A DNA stretch of 63,970 nt, filler included, from Octopus bimaculoides (taxonomy: Eukaryota): NCBI RefSeq assembly GCF_001194135.2. It is 4 parts of 4 records of this genome, joined end to end, with 100 filler letters (N's around TTAATTAATTAA, not from the genome) between each part and the next. Parts side by side here need not be neighbours in the genome. Positions count along the whole stretch, not along the records: positions 19,986 to 51,600 come from NC_069005.1; positions 51,701 to 58,189 come from NW_026385165.1; positions 58,290 to 63,970 come from NC_068984.1; 1 more part is not named here. One strand, written 5' to 3'. The position numbers and the translations under genes were made by a program. Shown here one piece after another: positions 49,715 through 62,580 of the stretch. The notes beneath the pieces were generated by a model that worked only from the letters and a program-made list of their open reading frames with translations, made no database searches and was not told where the DNA came from. Each line of letters begins with the position of its first letter. Within the stretch, counting starts at the first letter, position 1.

Positions 49715-50390
49715 CTATCTCTATTACACATATATTACACCTACTTTTAGCAAAATTTTATAAAAATCTCTTATACTAATTAATATCTTGTACACACCCT
49801 GAGTAAACTTCTACCAACATTTGAGCATACATTATTGCTAACTTTTATAACTGCTTGACTATCATTCTAACTTTCGAATTGACACACTTGGTAATATTCG
49901 TACCTGTTTGATTATTATTCACACATCTACTTTCCATTAATAATCATATTAACCCATATTTAACAACAAAACAAGGTCTGATTTGCACACACATCTTTAT
50001 ATATTCTATAACTTTATACTTTCCTTTTTACACATATATTCATATTGATTATTTAATTTATTTAATTATTATTTATATTATTACATTACACCTCCATTAC
50101 ACCTTTTTATTATCTTTTTATACCAATCATCCATTATAACTAATCAATTGTACACATTATGAGTAACCTTCTACCAACATTTGAACATACACAATTGCTA
50201 AATTTTATAACCATTTGACTTTTATTCTAACTTTTGAACAGACAATTGGTAACACATACATCAGTTTGACTATTATTCAGAAAACTACCTTTCTGTAATA
50301 ACCATATTAACATTTCCTTAACAACAAAAAAAATGCTCAATATACACTCACATTTTTATATTCATATACTTATTCCTTTACTCTTATTTT
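49715..50390. repeat. AT-rich tandem duplication, period 360 bp
   Basis: gagtaaacttctaccaacatttgag at 49801 and gagtaaccttctaccaacatttgaa at 50161. The flanking blocks also align. Confidence 0.88.
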
Positions 50391-50959
50391 AATATACATG
50401 CATGTTTAATGTGTGTGCATGTATACACATGTGAAGGTGTGTGTATGGGTTAGCAGTACAGGTACAAAGGTGTGCATGTGTGGATATGTGTGTATGGGCA
50501 CATGTAAATATATGTGTTTGTATATATTGATGTGTGTACTGATTTATGCGTAGATGCATTTATATACATGTCACTATGGTTGTATAGGTTACTAATACAG
50601 ACATGTATGTGTACATATGTGTGCATTAATATGGGCACATTTGACTATATGTGAATACATATGTATGGATCTATGTATGGATCTATGTGTAAGTGCATTT
50701 ATATATGTGAATATATTTATATGTGCTATAATCTATGAGTGAATACATCTTTACACCTATTTGTATATATGAGTTTATATGTATTTGTGTGTGTGCTTAT
50801 GTATATGTATGTGTGTATATATATATATATACATATGTGTGTGTGTGTGTGTATGTATGTACGATTATGAATGTATGTGTATGTACACATGATCATCTAT
50901 GTATATTAGAGTATATATGCATATGGGTGTATATATATATGTGTAAGTATATGTGTCTA

Positions 50960-51001
<42 letters not shown>

Positions 51002-51241
51002 TAATGCACACCTGTATATGCGTGTATTTCTTTGCAAAAATACAGACAGGTGCATGTGTACGTATAGGGGTATATGCGGATATATAGATGTATATGTATA
51101 TATAATGTATATGTATGCACTTATGTAGGTATGTATACATGTATACCTGTATGCATGAGAATCTCTTGCCCATATATGTGTATGAATACATATGCATATG
51201 TGTATTACTCATCTATTTATCTATTTACACTTACATATCTA

Positions 51242-51600
51242 TTAGATACAAATAATTACAGAGGCATCAAGCTGTTAGATCAGGTTATGAAAGTTACAGA
51301 GAGGGTCATAGCCCAACTAATTAGGGAGCGAATCAATTTAGATGAGATGCAGTTTGGGTTCGTGCCAGGTAAAAGCACTACTGATGCCTTATTTCTAGTG
51401 AGACAGTTGCAAGAGAAATACCTAGCCAAGGATAAACCTCTGTACCTGGCTTTCGTTGACATGGAGAAAGCCTTTGACAGGGTCCCCCGATCCCTTATCT
51501 GGTGGTCAATGAGGAAACTTGGGATAGAAGAATGGCTAGTGAGAGCTGTGCGAGCCATGTACAGAGATGCGGCCAGTAAGGTGAGGGTTGGAAATGAGTA
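51242..51600 (+). mobile_element. Uninterrupted RTE LINE RT fragment running into a gap
   Basis: Open frame NYRGIKLLDQVMKV...MQFGFVPGKSTTDA...LAFVDMEKAFDRVPR...VRVGNE with no stops. Confidence 0.93.
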
Positions 51601-52010
51601 NNNNNNNNNNNNNNNNNNNNNNNNNNNNNNNNNNNNNNNNNNNNTTAATTAATTAANNNNNNNNNNNNNNNNNNNNNNNNNNNNNNNNNNNNNNNNNNNN
51701 TATATATATATATATATATGTAGGTATACACACACACACACACATATATGTATAGATATATGTATGTATTCTTTCATTGGATTTAACGATCCAGTTTGTA
51801 TTCTTCCTAATTACTGTGTGTCAAAGGAAATACTACAATCCCCGATGACATATAGACTTACTTGTATTTAACAAATTGAAGTTGACTTGAAAGGATAGAG
51901 ATTAAAGAGATTGCGTGAAAAACATTCACTAGTTATCCAAGTTGAAATAATGACAGGGGAAAATCATTCAATGAGAGCCCTCCGCATGAAAAATTTACAG
52001 TAAATTGTCC

Positions 52011-52083
<73 letters not shown>

Positions 52084-52445
52084 CCTACCNNNNNNNNNNN
52101 NNNNNNNNNNNNNNNNNNNNNNNNNNNNNNNNNNNNNNNNNNNNNNNNNNNNNNNNNNNNNNNNNNNNNNNNNNNNNNNNNNNNNNNNNNNNNNNNNNNN
52201 NNNNNNNNNNNNNNNNNNNNNNNNNNNNNNNNNNNNNNNNNNNNNNNNNNNNNNNNNNNNNNNNNNNNNNNNNNNNNNNNNNNNNNNNNNNNNNNNNNNN
52301 NNNNNNNNNNNNNNNNNNNNNNNNNNNNNNNNNNNNNNNNNNNNNNNNNNNNNNNNNNNNNNNNNNNNNNNNNNNNNNNNNNNNNNNNNNNNNNNNNNNN
52401 NNNNNTTCATAACATAATCTTCTAACATAATCATAAGAACAATAA

Positions 52446-52560
<115 letters not shown>

Positions 52561-52922
52561 TCTATGTACATATCTAAACTCATAATAAATATCAAATATA
52601 TATAGAATAATACATATTTTAGCAATAAAAAATCAAAAAAATTATTCAACAATATTACTTAAAAACAAAAGCATAACTTATCTTATCGAAGAATTTCTTT
52701 AAAACGAAAATTTCAAACGTAATACGAAAAACCTAGCGTTTACAAGAAATATATGGCGTGATAATATAGCGTAAACATACGATAAAGAATAAATAGATAG
52801 AATACGTATTTAAACTGTTAAAACGACAAAATGTATTGTGTGACATTTTTCATTGTTCGAGTTTGATGATAGCGGTTTTTCTCTAAATTATATATATATA
52901 TATATATATTACAATATTGAAT

Positions 52923-53390
52923 ACATATACAGGTTACGAGTTTAATTGTTCGTGGGTAGCCTGCGCTTATATGTGTAAGAGAATATATTCTCATCAATGC
53001 ATCTGGTGTAAAAAGCACTTGGAACTTATAGTCAACCGAGATAACTCGCATCAGGCCCCATACAAGAGCGATGGACATGGATGTTTTGTCGTTGTTGTGG
53101 CTATCAGCATCGCGTACCGAAGCGAAGTCCGGTGCAAGCTAAATCGTTCTTTGAGACTATATGCAAAATGGTGCAAGAACCGGGCCTTGTTCGGGTACGT
53201 GGTATTGACAAGTCACAACAATGACGAAACATTGATGTCTGTTGCTCTTGAATGGAACCTCATGCGAGTTATCTCGCATGAATATGACATCCAACTGTTT
53301 TAACGTCAGGCGCATTGTTGAAAACATATTCTTTTACGTCAATAAGCGCAACCTACCCACAAACTAGAAAAACGCATACCTTGTGTATGT
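52923..53390. repeat. Long imperfect inverted repeat (~210-bp arms, 45-nt loop)
   Basis: The left arm 52923-53133 aligns with the reverse complement of 53179-53390. The core 53038-53099 / 53214-53275 has 51 of 62 Watson-Crick pairs. Confidence 0.92.
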
Positions 53391-53531
53391 CTGCTCGATA
53401 ATCATTATATCCCCCGAGCTACTTCTAATTCATATTTGAATGAATGTATGTATGTATATATTTAGGTGTTTATATATACGTATGTGTATATAGGTATACA
53501 TATACACACACATATATAAATACTTATATAT

Positions 53532-53570
<39 letters not shown>

Positions 53571-53968
53571 NNNNNNNNNNNNNNNNNNNNNNNNNNNNNN
53601 NNNNNNNNNNNNNNNNNNNNNNNNNNNNNNNNNNNNNNNNNNNNNNNNNNNNNNNNNNNNNNNNNNNNNNNNNNNNNNNNNNNNNNNNNNNNNNNNNNNN
53701 NNNNNNNNNNNNNNNNNNNNNNNNNNNNNNNNNNNNNNNNNNNNNNNNNNNNNNNNNNNNNNNNNNNNNNNNNNNNNNNNNNNNNNNNNNNNNNNNNNNN
53801 NNNNNNNNNNNNNNNNNNNNNNNNNNNNNNNNNNNNNNNNNNNNNNNNNNNNNNNNNNNNNNNNNNNNNNNNNNNNNNNNNNNNNNNNNNNNNNNNNNNN
53901 NNNNNNNNNNNNNNNNNNNNNNNNNNNNNNNNNNNNNNNNNNNNNNNNNNNNNNNNNNNNNNNNNNNN

Positions 53969-54023
<55 letters not shown>

Positions 54024-54630
54024 TGTGTGTGTGTGTACATACATTTATATATAGGTATATACTTAGTAGTTTGAGACAAGTTCAACGACGAACATTGCTG
54101 TGGAAATAATGTCTTATATGAGTAAAAAAATTGTATATATCCCATCATAATTGTTGAACTTCCTTCTTGCATTGAAGAACTGACATATATGTTAGAGCGT
54201 GGGACAAATCACACGGCAGAATTTATACTAGTCCTCTGCCATCATAGTTCAGATCCCATCGAAGTCAAATTTGCCTTTCATATATCTTAAAATTCGATGA
54301 AATAATTTTTTCAGTGCAGTGGTGTAATGAATTGGTATAATTGTTAAAGTGTAAAACGAAATGAAACCTACTATTGGTTCCGAACCATTGATTATTGGGT
54401 TTTTGGGTGGCCGACTTTATCCATGGCCAACTGCAATAAAAGTAGGACAGTAAAATATTTAGACTTCAATTCTCATCGTAATGTATCTTGCTGAATGTTT
54501 GTTGCTGGTGAGAATGCTAAATTTAAGATGTTGCTGTATTGTAGTTCTAATGTTTCAGACCGAGGGCAGCCTCGATACAGCAGACCTTTGTGCAGCTCTA
54601 TTTTGCCCGTTGAGATACTCTGCAGGCGCA

Positions 54631-54683
<53 letters not shown>

Positions 54684-55535
54684 GTCTCAATACTTCTAAG
54701 TGCGATAAAAGTATCTGCCATTTTTTCCCACAGCTCGGAAATACTAGTATGGAAATATAGTGTTGCTTATAACGATAGGTTTTGGATAAAAATATCGCAA
54801 AATAAATAAAGCTTTTACATCATATACAATTCCTCATTATTTTTAGCAAAAGAAACTTAAACATTTGGAAATGACACGTGGTCTCTTTCAGAAGATGAAT
54901 TCTATATATGGAATATCATGAAAAACTGTGCTTACCAAATGGCTAGGCACTTAAATTTTAGGTTGTGTAGTAGTGAACAAAACAAACTCACTCACTGATT
55001 CACTGACTGTGTGTCTGTCTGTGTGTATGTCTGTCAGTCTCTGTCTGTCTGTCACTCTCTCTCTCACTTTCTCTCTCATCTCCCCGAACATATATGCACA
55101 CGTACACACGAACAGACGGATGAACATAAGAAAGCACTTGCTCAGAGATATACAACACTTGAAGTAGAATTTTATTTTTCCTCCAGTGAACACACGGCTT
55201 TTAGAAGCTATAGCGACGTAGTTACCGACAGTTGGATGCAACGACCGTAAAGAGAAGAAAATATCAGTGGCAAATATCTTTCTACTTTACTCTTCATTTT
55301 CACCATTAGTTCCCGGCAAGTGCCAGACAGTATTGTCTTCGCTTGCACTTGGTTGCAAAAGCACAAAATACTGTAGGATAACAATCATTTGCATGCGTTT
55401 ACGTTTCTAAGAAATGCCACCTCACGTTCAATAAAATGTTACTTATGTATGCTATAGTTGATAATTCTTTTATCATCTTAATTACTAATAACATACAGCA
55501 TATATTTTTAATTATCTATGTCTGTCTGTCTGTTC

Positions 55536-55611
<76 letters not shown>

Positions 55612-55692
55612 CTTTCNNNNNNNNNNCAAAAAGAAAAGCTCTACATTGTATTTGTCCCATCTTCGTTGAGCCCTGTGTGGCTAATAAAAGAA

Positions 55693-55728
<36 letters not shown>

Positions 55729-55989
55729 GTCTGTCTGTCTGCTTGTCTGTCTGTCTGTCTGTCTGAATTGATTTATCTGTCCATTTATCTATCTATCCAT
55801 TCAAACTTCTCTCATTTTACACTACTACACACTCACATACACACTCACACAGACATGGACGGACACACATGCACACACATACAAACGCGCATGCACACCA
55901 CATGTACGCGCATCCCCCCCCCACACACACACAATAGGAATACGATAATTTATAAAATTGTATTACACAGGATACGTAATAGTTATTTA

Positions 55990-56640
55990 CTCATTTTTAT
56001 TCAAGTCTTAAGTAATAATGATAATTCACATAAATGGTTGTGTGAAAGGGCAATTCTTGTTCCAAAAAATGAGACAGTAGCAAGGATTAGTCATGAAATA
56101 ATGAATAAGATTCCAACGTTCATTAAGAAGTATAAATCAGTTGATTTAGTCCTTCATGAAAATAAGGCTGTCCATCACACAACAGAGCTCCTTAATTCTC
56201 TTGAGCCACCTGGATCTTCTCCACATAAGCCTTTTCTGAAGGTAGGAGTCCCAATAATGCTTCTAAGAAATTTAGATCCGCCTAAATTATACAGTGGGAC
56301 AAGGTTGATTGTGAAGACATTATCACCTAACGTGGCAGTAGTTACCATCATCAATGATGGAGAAGAGGTTTTCATTCCAAGAATTCCAATCAAACTAACA
56401 GACATGCCGTTTGAGTTCAGATGAACATAATTCCCAGTGTGACTTTGCTTTTCAATGTCTATTAATTAAGCTCAAGGTTTTATGTTGGTTGCTCCATGGC
56501 TGGTAGTTTGCAGGATTTATTTGTCTATGCTCCAAACTAGAAACCAAAGAATGTTTACCCAGAAGGTCTTATGTAATTTCCTTCAACATATGTGGTAGAA
56601 TTTATCTCCTTTCACAAAAGTGGTAAATTTTGTATTTTCG

Positions 56641-56693
<53 letters not shown>

Positions 56694-56830
56694 TTCAGAC
56701 AGAATTTATTTCCCAGTTAAAGAATAAATTAAATTTAGAATTACGAATTTCTCTACAACATATTTTGCTTTTTCCTTCCGATATGTAAGGAAAAAGTTAA
56801 TTCCCGGGCAGCGCCGGGTGACTTTGCTAG
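55990..56830 (+). mobile_element. Helitron 3' fragment (helicase C-terminus and canonical end)
   Basis: Reads ERAILVPKNE...LKVGVPIMLLRNLDPPKL..GTRLIV...FIPRIP...FPV.LCFSMSIN*AQG. Hairpin cccgg-gcagcg-ccggg (56803-56818), then CTAG (56827-56830) followed by T. Confidence 0.92.
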
Positions 56831-57666
56831 TAAATATATATGTGTATGTGTGTGTGAGTGTATGTATGTATATNNNNNNNNNNNNNNNNNNNNNNNNNNN
56901 NNNNNNNNNNNNNNNNNNNNNNNNNNNNNNNNNNNNNNNNNNNNNNNNNNNNNNNNNNNNNNNNNNNNNNNNNNNNNNNNNNNNNNNNNNNNNNNNNNNN
57001 NNNNNNNNNNNNNNNNNNNNNNNNNNNNNNNNNNNNNNNNNNNNNNNNNNNNNNNNNNNNNNNNNNNNNNNNNNNNNNNNNNNNNNNNNNNNNNNNNNNN
57101 NNNNNNNNNNNNNNNNNNNNNNNNNNNNNNNNNNNNNNNNNNNNNNNNNNNNNNNNNNNNNNNNNNNNNNNNNNNNNNNNNNNNNNNNNNNNNNNNNNNN
57201 NNNNNNNNNNNNNNNNNNNNNNNNNNNNNNNNNNNNNNNNNNNNNNNNNNNNNNNNNNNNNNNNNNNNNNNNNNNNNNNNNNNNNNNNNNNNNNNNNNNN
57301 NNNNNNNNNNNNNNNNNNNNNNNNNNNNNNNNNNNNNNNNNNNNNNNNNNNNNNNNNNNNNNNNNNNNNNNNNNNNNNNNNNNNNNNNNNNNNNNNNNNN
57401 NNNNNNNNNNNNNNNNNNNNNNNNNNNNNNNNNNNNNNNNNNNNNNNNNNNNNNNNNNNNNNNNNNNNNNNNNNNNNNNNNNNNNNNNNNNNNNNNNNNN
57501 NNNNNNNNNNNNNNNNNNNNNNNNNNNNNNNNNNNNNNNNNNNNNNNNNNNNNNNNNNNNNNNNNNNNNNNNNNNNNNNNNNNNNNNNNNNNNNNNNNNN
57601 NNNNNNNNNNNNNNNNNNNNNNNNNNNNNNNNNNNNNNNNNNNNNNNNNNNNNNNNNNNNNNNTAT

Positions 57667-57819
57667 ACAGGTGCTATGTGGTAGGAAGCTTGCTTCCTAA
57701 CCACATGGTTCTGGGTTCAGTCCCACTGCGTGGCATCTTGGGCATGTGTCTTCTACTGTTGCGTCTGACTGCTCAAATCCTTGTGAGTGGGTTTGGTAGG
57801 CGAAAACTGAAAGAAGCTC

Positions 57820-57863
<44 letters not shown>

Positions 57864-58188
57864 TAAATACATAAGTGCTGTGTGGTAAGAAGCTTGCTTT
57901 CCGACCACATGGTTCTGGGTTCTATCCCTCTGCATGGAACCTTGAGCAAGTAAGTGTCTTCTGCTATACCTTTTGGCTGCCCAAAGTAATGTGAGTAGAT
58001 TTGTTAGACGGAAAGTGTATTTGTGTGTCTGTGTTTGTTCCCACTAACACTTGACAACTGATGTTGGTATGCTTACGTCCCTGTAAACACACCGATAGAA
58101 TAACTACTAGACTTACAAAGAATAAGCCCTGAGATCGAATTGTACGACTAAAGGCGGTGCTCCAGCATGGCCACAGTCAAATGACTGA
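57667..58188 (+). mobile_element. Two adjacent SINE family A copies (57667-57822 and 57875-58188)
   Basis: Both start with (g)tgtggta(g/a)gaagcttgctt...ccacatggttctgggttc. Confidence 0.82.
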
Positions 58189-59599
58189 ANNNNNNNNNNN
58201 NNNNNNNNNNNNNNNNNNNNNNNNNNNNNNNNNTTAATTAATTAANNNNNNNNNNNNNNNNNNNNNNNNNNNNNNNNNNNNNNNNNNNNGGTGATGGAGG
58301 TGGGGTGATGATGGAGGTAGGGGTGGTGATGGAGGTGGGATGGGGTGGTGATGGAGGTGGGATGGGATGGTGATGTAGGTGGGGTGGTGATGGTGGTACT
58401 GGCTGTAGTGGTAGTAGTAGTAGTGATGGTGGTGGTGATAGTAGTTGTGATGGTAGTGGTGGTGGTGGTGGTAGCAGCAGCAGCAGCAGTAGTAATAGTA
58501 GTAGTAGTAGTAGTAGTAGTAGTTATGTTATGTTATTGATGTTATTCTACCTGTGATGGAAATGGTAGTGGCTATGGTGGTGGTGGTGGTGGTTGTGGTG
58601 GTGGTGCTTACTGTGCCATCACCATCAATGGTGTTCTTGGTGATGGTGATGGTGGTGGTGCTAGTAACGGCACGGATCGCTGCTGCTGGTGCATATGGTG
58701 ATAATGATAATGATAATGGTGGTATTGGTGGTGTTGGTGGTGGTGGTCACTTTTGGATGAAGTCAAAAAGAAATATAAGAAAATAGAGAGAGAGGGACTG
58801 AATAAAGGAGAGAGAGAGAGAGAGAGACAGAGAGACAGAGAAAGAGAGAAGAGAAAGAAACAAAGTGAGAGATGGTGGGGATGGGGGAGTGTCTGTGTGT
58901 GAGGGAAATTCAATTTTGGAGTGAATGGGTATAAGTGTGAGTGAAACTTGTGAAAGTGTGTAGGTGTAAGTATGAGTGGACGTTTGAGTGACAGTGGGTG
59001 AGTGATGAAGCTTAGCTGTCATGCAACTGTCAGTCTATGCTCCATTGATCTGTCGCTTCTTCTCTATTTCTCTCTCTCTCTCTCTCTCTCATTCTCTCTT
59101 AGTCACTCTCTCTCTATCACTCTCTGTCAATCTCTCCATCACCCAGTCTTTCTCTCGCTCTCTCAATTTCCCTTCCTCTGCCTCACCGTCTGACTCTCTC
59201 TGTCTCTGTGTCCCTTTTTACACCCACTCCTCCTCATTTTCTTCTTCTACCTCCTTCACTTCTTCTTTCTCCGCTTCGTATAGCGTTGTTACCACCACTA
59301 TTACTACTACCATCATCGCATCACCACCATCACCACTACCAAAACCACCATCACCACCACCAACATCATCACCATCATCACAACCGCCACAACTGCCATC
59401 ACAATCACCATCACCACTACCCCTCAATTACCACCCCAATCCCCACCCCACCCCACCCACCACCACATACCCTCGACACCACCAGTTACCCCCTATTTTC
59501 CTCTTTTACCTTCCACACTCACATCCATCGTACTCTCACCATCGTTGCCTCTACCATTAACAACAACAACAACAACAACAACAACACTACCCTTAAGAA

Positions 59600-59790
59600 C
59601 TGATAAGTTACGGGGACGTAAACACACCAACACCAATTAAGCGGTGGAGGATGACAGGCACAAGCACACATACACACACACACATATCTACAACGGGCTT
59701 CATTCGGTTTCCGTCTACCACATCTACTCACAAAACTTTGGTCGGCCCGGTGCCATAGTGGACGACAGTTGCCCGATGTATCACACAATA
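59600..59790 (-). mobile_element. SINE family A fragment
   Basis: aagttacggggacgtaaacacacc...gggcttcattcggtttccgtctacc in reverse orientation. Confidence 0.75.
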
Positions 59791-60081
59791 GGACTGAACA
59801 CGGCACAATAGGGGCGGGGATGAGCGGCAGTTTTTCTCGAATACTTTCGTTAGGTGTGCTGTGTGGGGACCGACGTGTCATAGAATACAACCAACGTTTC
59901 ACGTGCGAGTCGTAAAAGGCGACGAAAATGGGTTGTGGTAGGATTTTCACTTCGACCTCGTAAAACCCTCATCAGCAACAACTACCAAAACAAACCAAAC
60001 CCATGCGTTGGAGGGTTCTCGCCTGAATGGTGAAAGGGTGTCATTTGCCAAGGCTTGTAGGAAATCACTAACAAATGGCGC

Positions 60082-60482
60082 AGGAGTGGCTGTGTGGTAA
60101 GTAGCTTGCTTACCAAACCACATGGTTCCGGGTTCAGTCCCACTGCGTGGCAACTTGGGCAAGTGTCTTCTACTATAGCCTCGGGCCGACCAAAGCCATG
60201 TGAGTGGATTTGGTAGACGGAAACTGAAAGAAGCCAGTCGTAGATATGTATATATATATATGTATATGTGTGTGTGTTTGTGCGTCTGTGTTTGTCCCCC
60301 AAACATCGCTTTACAACCGATACTGGTGTGTTTACGTCCCCGTAACTTAGTGGTTCGGCAAAAGAGACGAACAGAATAAGTAATAAGCTTACAAAGAATA
60401 AGTCCTGGGGTCGATTTGCTCGACTAAAGGCGGTGCTCCAGCATGGCCGCAGTCAAATGACTGAAACAAGTAAACGAGAGAG
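60082..60482 (+). mobile_element. Full-length tRNA-derived SINE family A (reference copy in this window)
   Basis: Head ggagtggctgtgtggtaag...ggttccgggttcagtccc (A/B-box-like), central (TA)(TG)n, tail ...gactgaaacaagtaaa. Confidence 0.9.
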
Positions 60483-60526
60483 TAAATGGTGGAGGCAGCG
60501 ACGCGATCTTGCAGCGCATTCCCCCA

Positions 60527-60580
<54 letters not shown>

Positions 60581-61139
60581 CACTACTACTACTACTTTGT
60601 CAGGACTCGAGCTAACATGGGATGACGGGATTCCCTATGCTGTGACTAAACTGGCTACACATAGCAATCAAGTCTACTTCAACTCATAATCTGCTGTCTT
60701 GAAAATAGAACCTGCCGAATAATGTGGTTCTGACTTCCCTGTACATAATAAACACGACATGATGGCCATGGCTGGAAAGGTATTCATCATAGGACTGTTG
60801 CCTCAACCCTAACTTAGCTGAACAATAACAATATCTAAAGAAATAGGTGATATATTGTCACTTAAACTGCAAGAAATAGCAGCTGGTTCTCCTTCATATT
60901 AAATACTGTTGTCCTAAAACAAAAGAGGACACAGTTGATATAGTCGTGGCTACAGGACACACACTCTCTCACACACACATACACACATATACATACACAC
61001 ACAGACGCACATACTCACACACATACACACACGCGCGCACTCACACATACATACAGACACATACACACATTCACACACATACTCACAAACACACACACAC
61101 GCACACAAATCATCGTCGTCTTTTTTTCTCGTATCGACT

Positions 61140-62580
61140 TTAGTTTCTTCTTCGCTGACCGTTTCCTTTATGGTGATGGCGTAGAACAATTCTTGCATAG
61201 AAGAACCGATGCCATTGGTTGCAGGATCAAAATGGTTTTGTCGAACCTTTCTCTCTTGTTTGATTTCTTTCTTTTCTCTACTGGAGGCTTCGAAGTTTGT
61301 GTTTCCCATGGTGATAGAACACCACCACTTGGTACGATCTCGAGCTTGTGTCTCAAACAATTTAGGTTCAAGTCCAGTGGCTTTCAGTGTTGTTTTCAGT
61401 TGGTCCTTGTATTTTCGAAGAGGTCAACCTCGTAGTCTTTTCCCAGAAGTGAGCTCGTTGAATAAGACTTGCTGTGGGAACACTTGAGTTTTCCATTCTT
61501 GCTACATGTCCCGACCATCTACAACAGTGTTTCATGATCAGCGATTCGATGCTTTGACTGTTGGCTCTTTTCAAGACTTTGTTGTTGGTCCCATAGGGTT
61601 CCTATGGGACGAAACAACACTTGGATCGAAAGTGACTGAATGAAAATGGAAGTTACGCTATAAAGTGTAACGGAAGACTAAGTAAGAGAGGGTCGGAGGA
61701 GGATGAGAGGAGAAGAAGTAGAGGAGATGAAGCTGTAGGAATAGAGAAGTAGGAGGTGGAGTGGAGATATAGATACACCCAAGGCGCATGGCTCAGTGGT
61801 TAGGGCATCGGGTTCGCAATCATGACGGAGTGAGTTCGATTCCAGGACCGGGCTGTGTGCTGTGTTCTTGAGCAAGACACTTTATTTCACGTTGCTCCAA
61901 TTCATTCAGCTGTAGAAATGAGTTCCGGCATCACTGCTGCCGAGCTGTATCAGCCTTTTCCTTTCTCTAGGATAATATCGGTGGCGTCGAGAGGAGAGAC
62001 TGGTATGCATAGGTAACTGCTGGTCTTCCATAAACAACCTTACTTGGACTTGCGCCTCGGAGGGGAACTTTCTAGGTGCAATCCCATGGTCATTTGTGAT
62101 CAAAGGGAGTATTTTCTTTTGTACTCCTAATCTTCACCTATTTTTCTACTCCTCCCATTTCTCCACTCTTCATCTCCTCTACTTCTCCTTCTCCTATCAT
62201 CCTCCTCCCACTCTCTCTTACTTAGTCTTACGTCACACGGAACACTTTATAACATAGCTTCCATTTCCATTCAATCACTTCCGATCCAGTACTGGATGAA
62301 TTTGATGCTCAAGATTGAACGAAGCTTTTGCTGTTGAAAGCGTTCTAAATTTCGAATGTCGCAACGATATAAAATCCAGGTTTCGCAACCATATGACAAG
62401 GTTGAAATGACAACAGCATTATAAACGATCATTTTCGTTGTCAAGTTCAGATCTTTGTTGTTGAAGACGCCTTTGATTAACTTTCCAAATGTCCCGCGTG
62501 CAGTTTCACTTCTGTGTTCCACATCCTTTTTCTAAGGTACGCTTGTTTGATAAAAGGTTGCCTAGATACGGAAAAGGCTC
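61140..62580 (-). mobile_element. RTE (BovB-like) LINE 3' ORF fragment split by an insertion at about 61590-62288
   Basis: EPFPYLGNLLS...ARGTFGKL...VYNAVVISTLSYGCETW...LRSILSIK on one side and TNNKVLKRANSQSIESLIMKHCCRWSGHVARM on the other are consecutive RTE sequence. Confidence 0.88.
61622..62288. mobile_element. Element with ~115-bp inverted ends, containing SINE family D (61783-62110)
   Basis: tggatcgaaagtgactgaatgaaaatggaagttacgctataaagtgt versus the reverse complement of the right end, tggatcggaagtgattgaatggaaatggaagctatgttataaagtgt. The SINE has A box tggctcagtgg and B box gagttcgattcc. Confidence 0.78.

Noticed and set aside
51860-51883. Possible 24-nt minus-strand micro-exon with a strong GTAAGT donor
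   Set aside because: Its peptide is not GLTP-like, one frame has a stop, and there is no independent support.
52917-53303. 128-aa ORF in unique sequence
   Set aside because: No recognisable domain or splice context. It lies wholly within the long inverted repeat, which explains the region better.
55666-56424. 252-aa ORF resembling host PIF1 helicase
   Set aside because: The N-terminal part is microsatellite. The helicase part has downstream stops and is followed by a canonical Helitron 3' end.
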